Shown piece by piece: positions 30,661 to 40,264 of a stretch of DNA of 64,000 nt. Origin of the DNA: Actinomycetota bacterium (GTDB lineage Bacteria > Actinomycetota > UBA4738 > HRBIN12); the NCBI GenBank assembly GCA_046716145.1, contig JBKJXU010000097.1:9676-73675 (forward strand). Reading direction: 5' to 3'. The stretch's first letter is position 1, and every line of letters begins with the position of its first letter. The notes beneath the pieces are model-generated. The model made no database searches, was not told the DNA's origin, and worked only from the letters and a program-made list of their open reading frames with translations. The position numbers and the translations under genes are program-made.

Positions 30661-32161
30661 CCTCTTCGGAGCGACCGAGGCCATCCCCCGGCATGGGCGC
30701 AGCGGCATCGGCCAGGTCTCCCCCGGTCCCTGCGATCGCCGGGATGGGCCGCCCGTCGATGTCGTCGGCGCGGAGCCCCTGGAGGCTGAGCAGCGTGGGC
30801 GCCAGATCCACGATCGACGGGGTGCCGAGATCCGCGGCGGCGGCCTCCGAACACACGATGATCCCCTCGCGACGATGGTCGCCCGACGGCCAGGTCGACG
30901 GCTGGGTGACGTGGTCGATGTTCCCCAGCCCCCAGCCGGGAGCCGGGCGAGCGAGGAGGTCGGGGGCGAGGTCGAGGTGGGGACCCGCCGGGAGCTCCTC
31001 GCGGAAGGTCACCTGGGCGACCGGTGCCTCACCGCTCTGCGGATCGCGGAACGCCAGCAGCGCTCCCGCCACCTCCCGCCGCACCCGGTCGTAGTCACCC
31101 GGGGCGACCGTTCCGTGGATCTCGCGCCCCTTGAGGTTGATCGCGATCGCCCCTCCGGACCCCGCCGAGTACGCAGCCGTGCGGCCCCAGTCGAGCGCAG
31201 CGGGAGCGCGGACCCGCTGCTTCAGCCGGTAGCCGGCTCGCGTCTTGCCGAGGGCGCGTGTGGGCGCCCATCGCCTCAGGGACCGCCCGAGCCGCGCGCG
31301 CGAGTCCGACGAGGCGAGCCCGAGCGCCTCCAACAACTTGCCGGTGCCGGCCAGGTGCGCGATGGGCCGGAAGCCGTGATCGGACATCACGATGGTGAGA
31401 GCGTCGGGCCCCGCCGCACGGCGCAGACGCGCGAGCGACTCATCGAGCAGTGCATACATCGACCGGAGCGACTCCCCCACCTGCGTCTGTCGAAGTCCCG
31501 CGTGCGCAGGGTGCGTCGGTAGGAGATAGGCGCCCATGGCGTGCTGCACACGATCGGGGGCCACGAACACGCAGACGGCGACATCCCATCGCCCCTCCAA
31601 CAAGATCTCGAAGGAGGCGCTTCGCTGCTCGACGAGGCGAAGGGCGTCACCGACCAAGCTCTCGGGCTCGTCGCGGTGGTGCATCCACTCGAGCCCGTTG
31701 ATCGGGAACGGGGCGCGCGCATCGAGTTCCTCGGCGAACGCCGAAGGGGTCACGAAGGGCGCACCCCGAGGGATCGCCACACCACCGATCATCCGTCCGT
31801 TGACCTCCCAAGGAGGGAACGTGACCGGGATGTTGGCGGCCCGCACCTCGAGGCCCGCCGCAGAGAGGCGATCGAGGAAGGTGGCTTTCCTGATGGACGT
31901 GGATGACACCGGGATACGCCGATCGGCGTCGGTCGGGTCGCGCTGCACGAAGTCCCACACACCGTGGCCGGCTGGGTGCGAACCGGTCAGGAACGATGAC
32001 CACGCGGCCCACGAGTGAGACGGAACGGTGGACAGCAGCGTCCCGCGGCCCCCTTCGCGGATGAGTGCTTCGAGGTTGGGCAGGAGACCGCGGGAAAGGA
32101 GATCGTCCACGATCTCCCAGTCGGCTCCATCCCACCCGACCACCAAGACCCGTCGTCTCAC
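30617..32161 (-). CDS. AlkP-superfamily type I phosphodiesterase/nucleotide pyrophosphatase family protein (paralog 3)
   Basis: GTG 32161 overlapping ATP-grasp stop (GTGA); VLVVGWDGADW...TVPSHSWAAWSSFLTGSHPAGHGVWDF, SDHG; C-terminal ...SEEDEIAQHLRGLGYIE as in paralog 2. Confidence 0.75.
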   Translation of the reverse strand: MRRRVLVVGWDGADWEIVDDLLSRGLLPNLEALIREGGRGTLLSTVPSHSWAAWSSFLTGSHPAGHGVWDFVQRDPTDADRRIPVSSTSIRKATFLDRLSAAGLEVRAANIPVTFPPWEVNGRMIGGVAIPRGAPFVTPSAFAEELDARAPFPINGLEWMHHRDEPESLVGDALRLVEQRSASFEILLEGRWDVAVCVFVAPDRVQHAMGAYLLPTHPAHAGLRQTQVGESLRSMYALLDESLARLRRAAGPDALTIVMSDHGFRPIAHLAGTGKLLEALGLASSDSRARLGRSLRRWAPTRALGKTRAGYRLKQRVRAPAALDWGRTAAYSAGSGGAIAINLKGREIHGTVAPGDYDRVRREVAGALLAFRDPQSGEAPVAQVTFREELPAGPHLDLAPDLLARPAPGWGLGNIDHVTQPSTWPSGDHRREGIIVCSEAAAADLGTPSIVDLAPTLLSLQGLRADDIDGRPIPAIAGTGGDLADAAAPMPGDGLGRSEEDEIAQHLRGLGYIE

Positions 32162-33348
32162 GTGACCCCCTCGGACCCTCGCCCGGTGCCCGAGCGTCCC
32201 CGGAGCGACGCCACGCCACGCGCGGCGACGTGGCCGGCCGCCCGCAACGCGGGCCGGAGATCGTCCATCGCCAACAGTGCACCTTCCTCGACGCCTCGGA
32301 ACGACGCGAGCCACGATCTGGCTGTCAGCCAGCCAGCCGTACGGTACGGCAGCATGCTGCTCGCAACATGGCTTTCCAGGATCCAGCCGCGTCCGTCCGG
32401 CACCACCTCATCCGGGATCGCGCCTCCGGTCAGATCCAGATACGCGCACCGCGCCACGTCGAGACCGCCAACGGCGACGAAGGCGCGGAACGTCCCACCG
32501 ATCCTCGGGTTCACGTCGAGCAGGACGTACCGGCCGGTCCGTTCGTCGAACCGGACGTCGACATCCACGGGCCCCACGTAGCCGAGGTCGCCGAGGAAAC
32601 CGGTGACGAGGCGCGCGATGTCGTCGTTGCGTTCGGTCACGGCGTGCGTCGCCGTCCCCGCATAGGCGGGATGCTGCGCGATCTTGCGTCCCGTCGCCCA
32701 GAACCGGCACGTGCTCGACGCATCGAAGTACGCATCGAAGATCCAGTTCACGCGCCGGGGTGATCCCGGCAGATGCTCCTGCAGGAGGACGCCGTCCTCA
32801 CCGAGCATCCGCACGGCTTCCTCACGTGTCGCCGCGATGACCACGCTCCGACGCCCACGAGCCCGCGGACCGGCAGGAGCCTTCACCACCAGCGGCAGCC
32901 CCACGAGATCGCAGAAGGCGTCGAGTTCTTCGGGCGTACGCACCCGACGGATCCGTAGGGTCGCGACGCCTGCGTCTTCCGCCATGGCAGCCAGGGTCTC
33001 CTTGTCTATCGATCGCTCGACAAGACCTACGGGCAACTCGGGGAAGACGAACCCTTCGCGGAGCGCATCGGCGTGGGTCTGGACGAACATCGCCGCCTCA
33101 TCATCGGTCGGCAGCAGCACCGAGCGGCCGTGGCGTGCCGCCAGGGCGGTGAGCGCCCCGACCCCGCCCGGCCCGGGGGTGAAACGCTCGAAGGCGTGGA
33201 CGTAACGAGAGCGCCCCGCGATCCCGCTGCGGGGATCGGGGCTGGCGAGGATGACCGGGACGCCCCAGCGCCCGAGGGAACGGATCGCACCGAGGACCCC
33301 GTGTTGTGGGAACGGTTCGCTCGCTGTGCGCAGGACCGTGACCGGCAT
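32158..33348 (-). CDS. ATP-grasp domain ligase (paralog 2)
   Basis: About 396 aa; ATP-grasp core (LVVKAPAG..., LLQEHLPG...), C-terminal extension. Confidence 0.7.
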   Translation of the reverse strand: MPVTVLRTASEPFPQHGVLGAIRSLGRWGVPVILASPDPRSGIAGRSRYVHAFERFTPGPGGVGALTALAARHGRSVLLPTDDEAAMFVQTHADALREGFVFPELPVGLVERSIDKETLAAMAEDAGVATLRIRRVRTPEELDAFCDLVGLPLVVKAPAGPRARGRRSVVIAATREEAVRMLGEDGVLLQEHLPGSPRRVNWIFDAYFDASSTCRFWATGRKIAQHPAYAGTATHAVTERNDDIARLVTGFLGDLGYVGPVDVDVRFDERTGRYVLLDVNPRIGGTFRAFVAVGGLDVARCAYLDLTGGAIPDEVVPDGRGWILESHVASSMLPYRTAGWLTARSWLASFRGVEEGALLAMDDLRPALRAAGHVAARGVASLRGRSGTGRGSEGVT

Positions 33349-33446
33349 GCCGGTGCGCGAACTCAGACGGGGTGCCATGGGGGTCGTATCATCGCAGCAC
33401 GCCGTTGCGCCACCGCCGGCACCCGTGAAAGGACCTGCGATCGACC

Positions 33447-34235
33447 ATGGCTGTGCTGACGTATCACGCCGTCGACCCGGAGTGGTCTGCGCCGTTGTCC
33501 GTTGGTCCGGATCAGTTCAGGAGACATCTCGATTGGATCGGCAACAACCGTCGTGTCGTTGCCCTGGAAGAGACCTTGGCCCGGAACGGCCATCTGGCAC
33601 ATGACGAGGTGGCGATCACGTTCGACGACGGCTTCACGTCCGTCGCCCAGCACGCACTCCCGGCGCTTCGCGACCGCGGGATGCGCGCCACGATCTTCCT
33701 CGTCGGCAAGATGCTCGACGGGAGCGGCGGAACCATCGACTGGGTTGACCGGCCGCCGGGGCACCCTCTCGCGGTGCTGGACCCCGCCCTGATCCGCGAG
33801 TTGCGCGATGAGGGCGTGGAGTTCGGGAGCCATTCCTACGCGCACCGCGATCTCACGACGCTCGGCTTCGCGGCGTGCGTCGAGGACCTTCACAGGGGCC
33901 GCGATGTCCTGCAGGACACCCTCGGGAAGGAGGTCACCACGCTCGCCTACCCCTTCGGGCGCCACGACGCCGACGTTCGACGGGCCGCCGCCGAGGCGGG
34001 ATTCACGTGGGCGTTCGCGATGGCCATGCCACCTCGTGCCCACGTCTCGATGGCCATACCGCGGGTGGGCATCTACGCGAACGACGACCTTGCGAGGCTC
34101 CGGATGAAGACCCACTCCTGGTACGGCCGGGTGCGGTCAAGCGCCATCTACCCGGCGTTGCATCGCATCAGGGCGCGCATCCGCGGTGATGCCGCCGTGG
34201 ATGGACACGATGGGACGTCCGGGAGTCCACCCTAA
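33447..34235 (+). CDS. polysaccharide deacetylase (CE4/NodB homology domain)
   Basis: ITFDDGF (TFDDG motif), HSYAH; 262 aa. Confidence 0.8.
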   Translation: MAVLTYHAVDPEWSAPLSVGPDQFRRHLDWIGNNRRVVALEETLARNGHLAHDEVAITFDDGFTSVAQHALPALRDRGMRATIFLVGKMLDGSGGTIDWVDRPPGHPLAVLDPALIRELRDEGVEFGSHSYAHRDLTTLGFAACVEDLHRGRDVLQDTLGKEVTTLAYPFGRHDADVRRAAAEAGFTWAFAMAMPPRAHVSMAIPRVGIYANDDLARLRMKTHSWYGRVRSSAIYPALHRIRARIRGDAAVDGHDGTSGSPP

Positions 34236-34304
34236 GCCGAAAGGCGGGGTTTTCAGTCGACGGGGGTCAATGTATGCTCCCTACGCACACGAGGAGCAGC
34301 CCCT

Positions 34305-35690
34305 TTGGCCTACGTACAGCCCCCCGAACGCATCACCCGGACAGTGGGCACCCGGGTCGGTACCACACCCACCGAGGTCCGCGACCGTCGCGCCGAGCGG
34401 GTCTCCACGCGCAGACTCGTCCTCGCGCTCGATATCGTCGTGCTCGGGGTCTTCGTTGCGTCGTTGCCAGGTGCGGCCGTCGCGCTCTATGCGGCACTCG
34501 CACTCCTGGGATTGAAGAGCGTCGGCGTCTACGGGGCCAGGCTGATGCCACGCGTCGGCGATGACGTCCCGCGATTGCTCGCCGCGGTCGCCGTCCCCGC
34601 CGTCGTGCTGCCGTGGGTCGCTGCGCCGGAACTGGCCGTGCAGCTCACGACACGGATCCCCGCGCTGCTCCTGGCGCTCGTCGCCGGGCGCTCGGTCACC
34701 TATTGGATCCTGCACCGCGCTCGCGCGACGGGGCGGCGACACGAACGGGTCCTGATCGTCGGAGCCGGCGATCGCGGGCGCGACCTCGCCCGCATCCTCG
34801 TCGAGCGCCCGCGGTTCGGCCTCGAGCCGGTCGGCTTCGTGGACGAGGCCGCGATCGCACCCCTCCCCCATCCGTTGCTCGGGGGCGTCGACGACCTCCC
34901 CAAACTCGTTGCCGTGCACGGGATCGACCGCGTGATCGTCGCGGAATGGGAGGGCGAAGACGAGGATCTGATGCACGTGCTGCGGGCCTGCACCGAACAC
35001 CGGGTCCACGTGCACGTCGCGCCACGCTTGTTCCAACTCGGGACCGCCCCATCGGGGCCGTCCACGGACTGGTTGTGGACGACGCCCTTGGTGCGACTGT
35101 CCGAAACCCCGCAACGAACGCGCGCCTGGCGAGCCAAGCGCCTGATGGACATCTCGGTCGCGGCGATCCTCCTGGTGGTCTCGGCACCGCTCTGGCTCGC
35201 CGCCGCCGTCGCGATCAAGTTTTCGGGGCCGGGCCCGGTCCTGTTCCGCCAGGTCCGCTTGACGGAGGGCGGACGCCTCTTCGAAGTCCTCAAGCTCCGG
35301 ACGATGCCTGTGAACGACACATCGGATACTCGATGGGGCGATGCCGGGCAACAGCCGACGCGGGTGGGTCTCCTCCTTCGGCGATCGGGCTTGGACGAGC
35401 TCCCGCAGTTGCTCAACATCATCAAGGGCGAGATGTCGCTCGTGGGACCGCGCCCCGAACGGCCGTACTTCGTCGAGCGCTTCTCCACATCGATCGAGGG
35501 CTACCGCGACCGCCTGCGCGTCCCGGCGGGGCTCACGGGGTGGGCCCAGGTCCACGGCCTGCGCGGGGAAACCTCGATCGAGGAACGGGTGATGTTCGAC
35601 AACGAGTACATCGAGTACTGGTCGTTGTGGCGCGACATCGTGATCCTCGTCCGCACGATCAAGGCCTTCGTCGTGGGCGAGGGCTCGTAG
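34305..35690 (+). CDS. undecaprenyl-phosphate glycosyl-1-phosphate transferase (WbaP/EPS priming sugar transferase family)
   Basis: 461 aa; N-terminal TM block, C-terminal bacterial sugar transferase domain (KRLMDISVAAILL...PGPVLFRQVRLTEGGRLFEVLKLRTM...DELPQLLNIIKGEMSLVGPRPE). Confidence 0.85.
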   Translation: MAYVQPPERITRTVGTRVGTTPTEVRDRRAERVSTRRLVLALDIVVLGVFVASLPGAAVALYAALALLGLKSVGVYGARLMPRVGDDVPRLLAAVAVPAVVLPWVAAPELAVQLTTRIPALLLALVAGRSVTYWILHRARATGRRHERVLIVGAGDRGRDLARILVERPRFGLEPVGFVDEAAIAPLPHPLLGGVDDLPKLVAVHGIDRVIVAEWEGEDEDLMHVLRACTEHRVHVHVAPRLFQLGTAPSGPSTDWLWTTPLVRLSETPQRTRAWRAKRLMDISVAAILLVVSAPLWLAAAVAIKFSGPGPVLFRQVRLTEGGRLFEVLKLRTMPVNDTSDTRWGDAGQQPTRVGLLLRRSGLDELPQLLNIIKGEMSLVGPRPERPYFVERFSTSIEGYRDRLRVPAGLTGWAQVHGLRGETSIEERVMFDNEYIEYWSLWRDIVILVRTIKAFVVGEGS

Positions 35691-35709
35691 CCGGCGCCCC
35701 CTCCCCCCC

Positions 35710-36723
35710 GTGGACACGACGGTCATCATCCCCGCCCGGAACGAGGAAGCCTCCATCGAGCGCTGCCTCACCTCGGTCTTGGCGCAGGACGCGCCCGACC
35801 TGGAGGTCATCGTCATCGACGGTGCGTCGACGGATGGCACCCTCGCCGTCATCGAGGCGATCGCCGGGTCCGACCACCGCGTCCGCATCCTGCACAACCC
35901 CGACGGCGCCATCCCTGTGTCCCTGAACATGGGGCTGATGGCGGCGCACGGACGGTGGCTCGTCCGCGTCGACGCGCATTCGACGGTGCCGCCGGGATAC
36001 GTTCGCACGCTCACCGGACACCTGGCAACGGGTCGCTGGGGCGGCGTCGGAGGCCGCAAGGACGCGGATGCAAGCACACCCATGGGCGAGGCGATCGCGC
36101 TCGCTCTGGGATCCCCGGCCGGCGTGGGTGATTCCGCCTACCACTGGGCGCAGGAACCACGCCGCACGGATCACGTTCCGTTCGGCGCCTACCCGGTCGC
36201 GCTCCTGCGCACGCTGGGGGGCTGGGACGAGCGCCTGGACGCGAACGAGGACTACGAGATGGACCTGCGTATCCGCCAGGCCGGGCACGACCTCCTGCTC
36301 GACCCCGCCGTACGTATCCGCTGGCGATCCAAGGATTCGCTCGGTGCGCTGTGGCGCCAGTACCTGCGCTACGGACGCGGCAAGGCTGACGTCGCGCGAC
36401 TGCACCCGGGGACCCTCGCCCCCCGCCACCTGGCCGCCCCCGCGATGGTGGCAGGCGTCTCGATGGCAGTGCTCATCGCCCCGCTCGCACCCGCGGCCGC
36501 GGCACTGCTCGCCGCCCCGTACCCGATGTTCGTGCTCGGCGCTGGCGTGTGGATCGCAGTACGAGCCGGCCGCGCATCATCGGCGCCGAGGATCGCCGCG
36601 GCCCTCGCCACGATGCACGTGGCCTGGGGGCTCGGGTATTGGCAGGGACGCGTGCGTCCTCGGATCCGATCGCGCGCCGGGGGCGTCGCGGCGGTTCAGT
36701 CGCCCGCGGGCCCCGTCCGGTAG
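35710..36723 (+). CDS. glycosyltransferase family 2
   Basis: VIIPARNEE...VIVIDGASTDGT GT2 N-terminal signature, DxD region (DANEDYE), C-terminal TM segments. Confidence 0.8.
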   Translation: MDTTVIIPARNEEASIERCLTSVLAQDAPDLEVIVIDGASTDGTLAVIEAIAGSDHRVRILHNPDGAIPVSLNMGLMAAHGRWLVRVDAHSTVPPGYVRTLTGHLATGRWGGVGGRKDADASTPMGEAIALALGSPAGVGDSAYHWAQEPRRTDHVPFGAYPVALLRTLGGWDERLDANEDYEMDLRIRQAGHDLLLDPAVRIRWRSKDSLGALWRQYLRYGRGKADVARLHPGTLAPRHLAAPAMVAGVSMAVLIAPLAPAAAALLAAPYPMFVLGAGVWIAVRAGRASSAPRIAAALATMHVAWGLGYWQGRVRPRIRSRAGGVAAVQSPAGPVR

Positions 36724-37682
36724 CCACGCGCCTCCAGGTGCCCGCCGATCGCTTCCTCGAGCTGCTCCACCTGGCGAACCGTGAGATCGCCCCGGAACGC
36801 CTCGCGCCGCCCGGTGGCCACGGGGTAGGCCTCGAACGCGGCCTCGAACCGCTCATCCCATGCAAGCCCCGCGGTCTCCAGGATGGCCGGCCAGTGCGTT
36901 CGGGGCTCAGCGACCAGATCCTCGTAGCGCAGCTCGAGCCACCGATCATCGCCGACCTCCTCGCGCGCGGCGTCGAAGGCGTCCATCAGGATCCGCCACT
37001 CGAGGCCCGCCAGCGTGATGAGAGACCGGTCGTGCTTCGCCCAGATCTCCGCGAGCTCCGGTGAGAGATCGCCGAAGCCCCAGCCGGGTACACCCAGGCG
37101 TCCCTTCCACCATGGCCGCTGTACGATCGACGATGCCACGGCCCGGCCGTCACGGACCACGTGGAGGAACCGCGCTTCCGGCATGACCGCGTGGATGAAC
37201 CGAGCACGAGGCCACCCCGTGAACTTGTGCATGAAGACCGGCGTGCCCTGCGCCTGCGCACGCTCGGTGAAGAACGTGCGGAAACGCGCGGCGAGCCAGG
37301 GCGTGACATCGTCCGCGTTCAGATCGCGGAACGGCTCCGACACGATCGGCGACAGGTGCCTGTCGATCAGCCGGTAGGCCTCCGACGGACCGAAGTGAAC
37401 GTGCTCGGCGAGCGTGTACCGGCGGTGCTTGAGGTAGGCGCTGTCGCGACGCGCGAGCGACCCGGACACGACGCGAGCCAACGCTCGGTTCGCCCTCCCC
37501 TTCGGGTTGAACGCCGAGAGCGCCATGTCGACGTTCGAGATGTACCCGACGTCCGGATGGTGGGCGATGAGTTCCTGCACGAGCGTCGAACCGCACCGGC
37601 CGGTCACGATGATGAACAGGAAGCGTGGATCGCTCACGACCCCCCCTCCCCCGAACGGCTCGCTGCCCGGGACTTCAACCAT
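36696..37682 (-). CDS. PAPS-dependent sulfotransferase (Stf0-like, paralog 3)
   Basis: 5'-PSB FIIVTGRCGSTLV, 3'-PB VVRDGRAVASS; 328 aa. Confidence 0.75.
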   Translation of the reverse strand: MVEVPGSEPFGGGGVVSDPRFLFIIVTGRCGSTLVQELIAHHPDVGYISNVDMALSAFNPKGRANRALARVVSGSLARRDSAYLKHRRYTLAEHVHFGPSEAYRLIDRHLSPIVSEPFRDLNADDVTPWLAARFRTFFTERAQAQGTPVFMHKFTGWPRARFIHAVMPEARFLHVVRDGRAVASSIVQRPWWKGRLGVPGWGFGDLSPELAEIWAKHDRSLITLAGLEWRILMDAFDAAREEVGDDRWLELRYEDLVAEPRTHWPAILETAGLAWDERFEAAFEAYPVATGRREAFRGDLTVRQVEQLEEAIGGHLEARGYRTGPAGD

Positions 37683-38782
37683 GCCTTCGCGGAGGCCGGA
37701 ACCCTGTTCCGCACGCCATCAGCCACGAACGAGGGGGCGACACCGACCCACGTCCGAGGTGAAGCCGCAGCGCGCGAAGGCACCAGGCGGACCCAATCGA
37801 GGTCCTCCGCGTGGTCGGTGAACCGGGCCTTGTACCCCTGCCGGCCCGCTCCGAGGCCCACGGACGTGTCACCGGACGCCCACGCATGCTCGATCGCGGC
37901 CAGGAGCGTCACCATCGCCGGAGAGTACCGCGCGAACCGATCGTCGAAGCCACCGAGCCAGTAGCCCGCCCGGCCGCCGGCGCAGATGAACAGATGCGAG
38001 GAGATCGTCTCGCCGCCGAGGTCCACGGACCACAGGCGGAAGCGCCCGGACGGCAGGAGTTCCTCGGCCAGGTCCGCCAGGAAGGCGCCCGTCGCGGGCC
38101 TGAGCCGGCCGGAGCCGCCCCTCCACTCCCAGCGGCTCTCGTGCAGCCGCTCGAACGCAGCCAGATCCGCGTGAGCCTGCCCCACGCTCGCCGACAGACG
38201 CACCACGGCACCCTCGGCCTCCAGTTGACGGCGACGGCGCCGGAGCGTCTGCCGGAAGTTCGTGCTCTTGGCCGCCATCCAGTCGTCGAAGGACGTGCCC
38301 GCCATCACGATCGTCGGCAGGGGCCGGCGCGCCTCGCGCTGCAGGACCGCCCCGCCCGGCCACCCACGACGCAGCGCCTGCGGCCAGGGCGAGCTCGCGG
38401 GCACGCCGTCGAGGTGGACCGCGTGCAGACGCGGCCGGGCCTCCGCGAGCCCCCCCGCGATCGCAGCGGCGACCTCGCGCTCACGCCCAGCCGCGGCGAG
38501 CGGGCCGAGAGGGGTTCCCCCGTAGCGGGCTGCCAGGAGCCGGCCATGCCAGGTACCGGCCGTCTCGCGAACGAGGTGGAACGCCCCGAGCCCGACCAGT
38601 TCATCGCCATCGCGGACCGCGAACACCCGCAGATGGGCGCCGGGTGGGGCGAGATGACGCCACCACGCGAGCATCCACGCCGGTCCCGCGTAGGGCAGAC
38701 CGAGGCCCACGGCGAGTCCGTCCCACTCGTGGAGGAGCCCCGGAAGGTCTTCCTCGCGCTCGAACGTCGTCGTGTGCAGCAC
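37634..38782 (-). CDS. GNAT-fold acyltransferase (Acetyltransf_6 / CelD-BioF2-like)
   Basis: 382 aa; architecture and motifs of the FemAB-like GNAT family common in polysaccharide loci. Confidence 0.6.
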   Translation of the reverse strand: MLHTTTFEREEDLPGLLHEWDGLAVGLGLPYAGPAWMLAWWRHLAPPGAHLRVFAVRDGDELVGLGAFHLVRETAGTWHGRLLAARYGGTPLGPLAAAGREREVAAAIAGGLAEARPRLHAVHLDGVPASSPWPQALRRGWPGGAVLQREARRPLPTIVMAGTSFDDWMAAKSTNFRQTLRRRRRQLEAEGAVVRLSASVGQAHADLAAFERLHESRWEWRGGSGRLRPATGAFLADLAEELLPSGRFRLWSVDLGGETISSHLFICAGGRAGYWLGGFDDRFARYSPAMVTLLAAIEHAWASGDTSVGLGAGRQGYKARFTDHAEDLDWVRLVPSRAAASPRTWVGVAPSFVADGVRNRVPASAKAWLKSRAASRSGEGGS

Positions 38783-38854
38783 CGTTCTCCCATCGACAAG
38801 GCGTCCGAGCGAGGTTAGCGGGCCGGGCGGGCCGGCACGCCCGCCCCCTGGCGT

Positions 38855-40264
38855 TCAGGAATCGAATCCGAGCCCGACCGCGTCGAGCAGGCGAAGCCAT
38901 GGACCCCGGCGCCCCTGCCGGCGGTCGGCCCGAGCCAGCGCCCGGCGCGTGAGCCACACACCCGCCGATCGCAACGGCTCCGGCGGGAACGGCAGTGGCT
39001 TCGTCCGTACCATCCGCAGGCGCGTGCGCTCCGTGTCACGTCCGTCCACCAGGTCGAGCGCCACGCGGGCGCCCCAGCGCGTCGCCCCGACACCGAGACC
39101 CGTGTAGCCGGCCGCATAGGCCACACGCCCGTCCAACTCGGTGCCGAAGAAGACACAGAACCGGCTGCACGTGTCGATCGCCCCGGCCCAGGCGTGGGTG
39201 AACCTCACGCCTTGCAGTTGCGGGAATGTCTGGAAGAACTGGCTCGCCAACAGACGGTAGGTCTGGGGACGCCGCTCGAGTTTGGGTCTGACGCCGTTGC
39301 GCCAGTGATAGATGGCGTCGTACCCACCCCAGAGGATCCGGTCGTCGCGGGTGAGCCGGTAGTAGTGGAACTGGTTGCCCATATCTGCCAGGCCCTGCCG
39401 GTTGCGCCACCCGATGGCGTCCATCTGTGCCTTCGACAGCGGCTCGGTCATCAAGACGTAGTCGTAGACTGGCACGACGTAGCTGCGTATGCGGCGAACG
39501 AGCGGTGGGAACGCGTTCGTCCCGAGCACCACCCTGCGCGCGTGGACCCGGCCTCGCCCCGTGGCGAGCGATACGCCGTCACCCTCCGGCGACATCGCGT
39601 GCACGGGGGTGAACTCGTGGATCCGCACCCCGAGCCCCGCCGCGGCCTCGGCGAGCCCCCATGCGAGCCGTGCAGGGTCCACCTGCGCGCCGAGGCCCTT
39701 GATCCACATCCCCCCGAGATAGGTGGGGGAGCCGACCTCCGCTCGCACCGCCTCCTCATCGAAGAGGACCGATCCATGACCGTGCGCCACCGCTCGCTCG
39801 ACGGCGTGCGCGCACCACTGCACCTCGTGCGGCTCGCGCGCGACCATGAGGGTCCCTGTCGGCTCCCAGTCACAGTCGATGTCGTAGCGCTCGAGCGTGT
39901 CGCGCAACCCGTCGAATGCCGCCCGGCCTTGCCGATCGATCTCGTCGATCTCGTCGGGGAAACGCCGGATCCCGTTGGGAAGCCCGTGGGTCAGCGAGGC
40001 TTCGCAGAAGCCACCGTTCCGGCCGCTCCCCCCGAAGGCGATCCGCTCGCCTTCCACGAGGATCACGTCGCGTCCGGGGTCTTCCTCCTTCGCGTGGATC
40101 GCTGTCCAGAGCCCGGTGAACCCGCCTCCGACGACGGCCAGGTCCGCGGAGGTATCGCCCGCGAGCGGCGGCCGAGGCTCCGGGCGGTCGGTTCGATCGA
40201 GCCAGAACGGCACGGGGGAAGCGTCGGCGAGCGCCGCGTCGATCCACGGCTCGGACGACGTCAC
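38855..40264 (-). CDS. FAD-dependent oxidoreductase (DAO family)
   Basis: GTG 40264 overlaps cupin stop (GTGA); dinucleotide-binding LAVVGGGFTGLWTA; the first about 70 residues of the listed ORF are an Arg-rich alternate frame. Confidence 0.75.
   Translation of the reverse strand: MTSSEPWIDAALADASPVPFWLDRTDRPEPRPPLAGDTSADLAVVGGGFTGLWTAIHAKEEDPGRDVILVEGERIAFGGSGRNGGFCEASLTHGLPNGIRRFPDEIDEIDRQGRAAFDGLRDTLERYDIDCDWEPTGTLMVAREPHEVQWCAHAVERAVAHGHGSVLFDEEAVRAEVGSPTYLGGMWIKGLGAQVDPARLAWGLAEAAAGLGVRIHEFTPVHAMSPEGDGVSLATGRGRVHARRVVLGTNAFPPLVRRIRSYVVPVYDYVLMTEPLSKAQMDAIGWRNRQGLADMGNQFHYYRLTRDDRILWGGYDAIYHWRNGVRPKLERRPQTYRLLASQFFQTFPQLQGVRFTHAWAGAIDTCSRFCVFFGTELDGRVAYAAGYTGLGVGATRWGARVALDLVDGRDTERTRLRMVRTKPLPFPPEPLRSAGVWLTRRALARADRRQGRRGPWLRLLDAVGLGFDS

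Noticed and set aside
34281-36083. 600-aa minus-strand ORF
   Set aside because: Antisense to the WbaP-like sugar transferase and GT2 genes, which have strong family signatures. No recognisable motifs.
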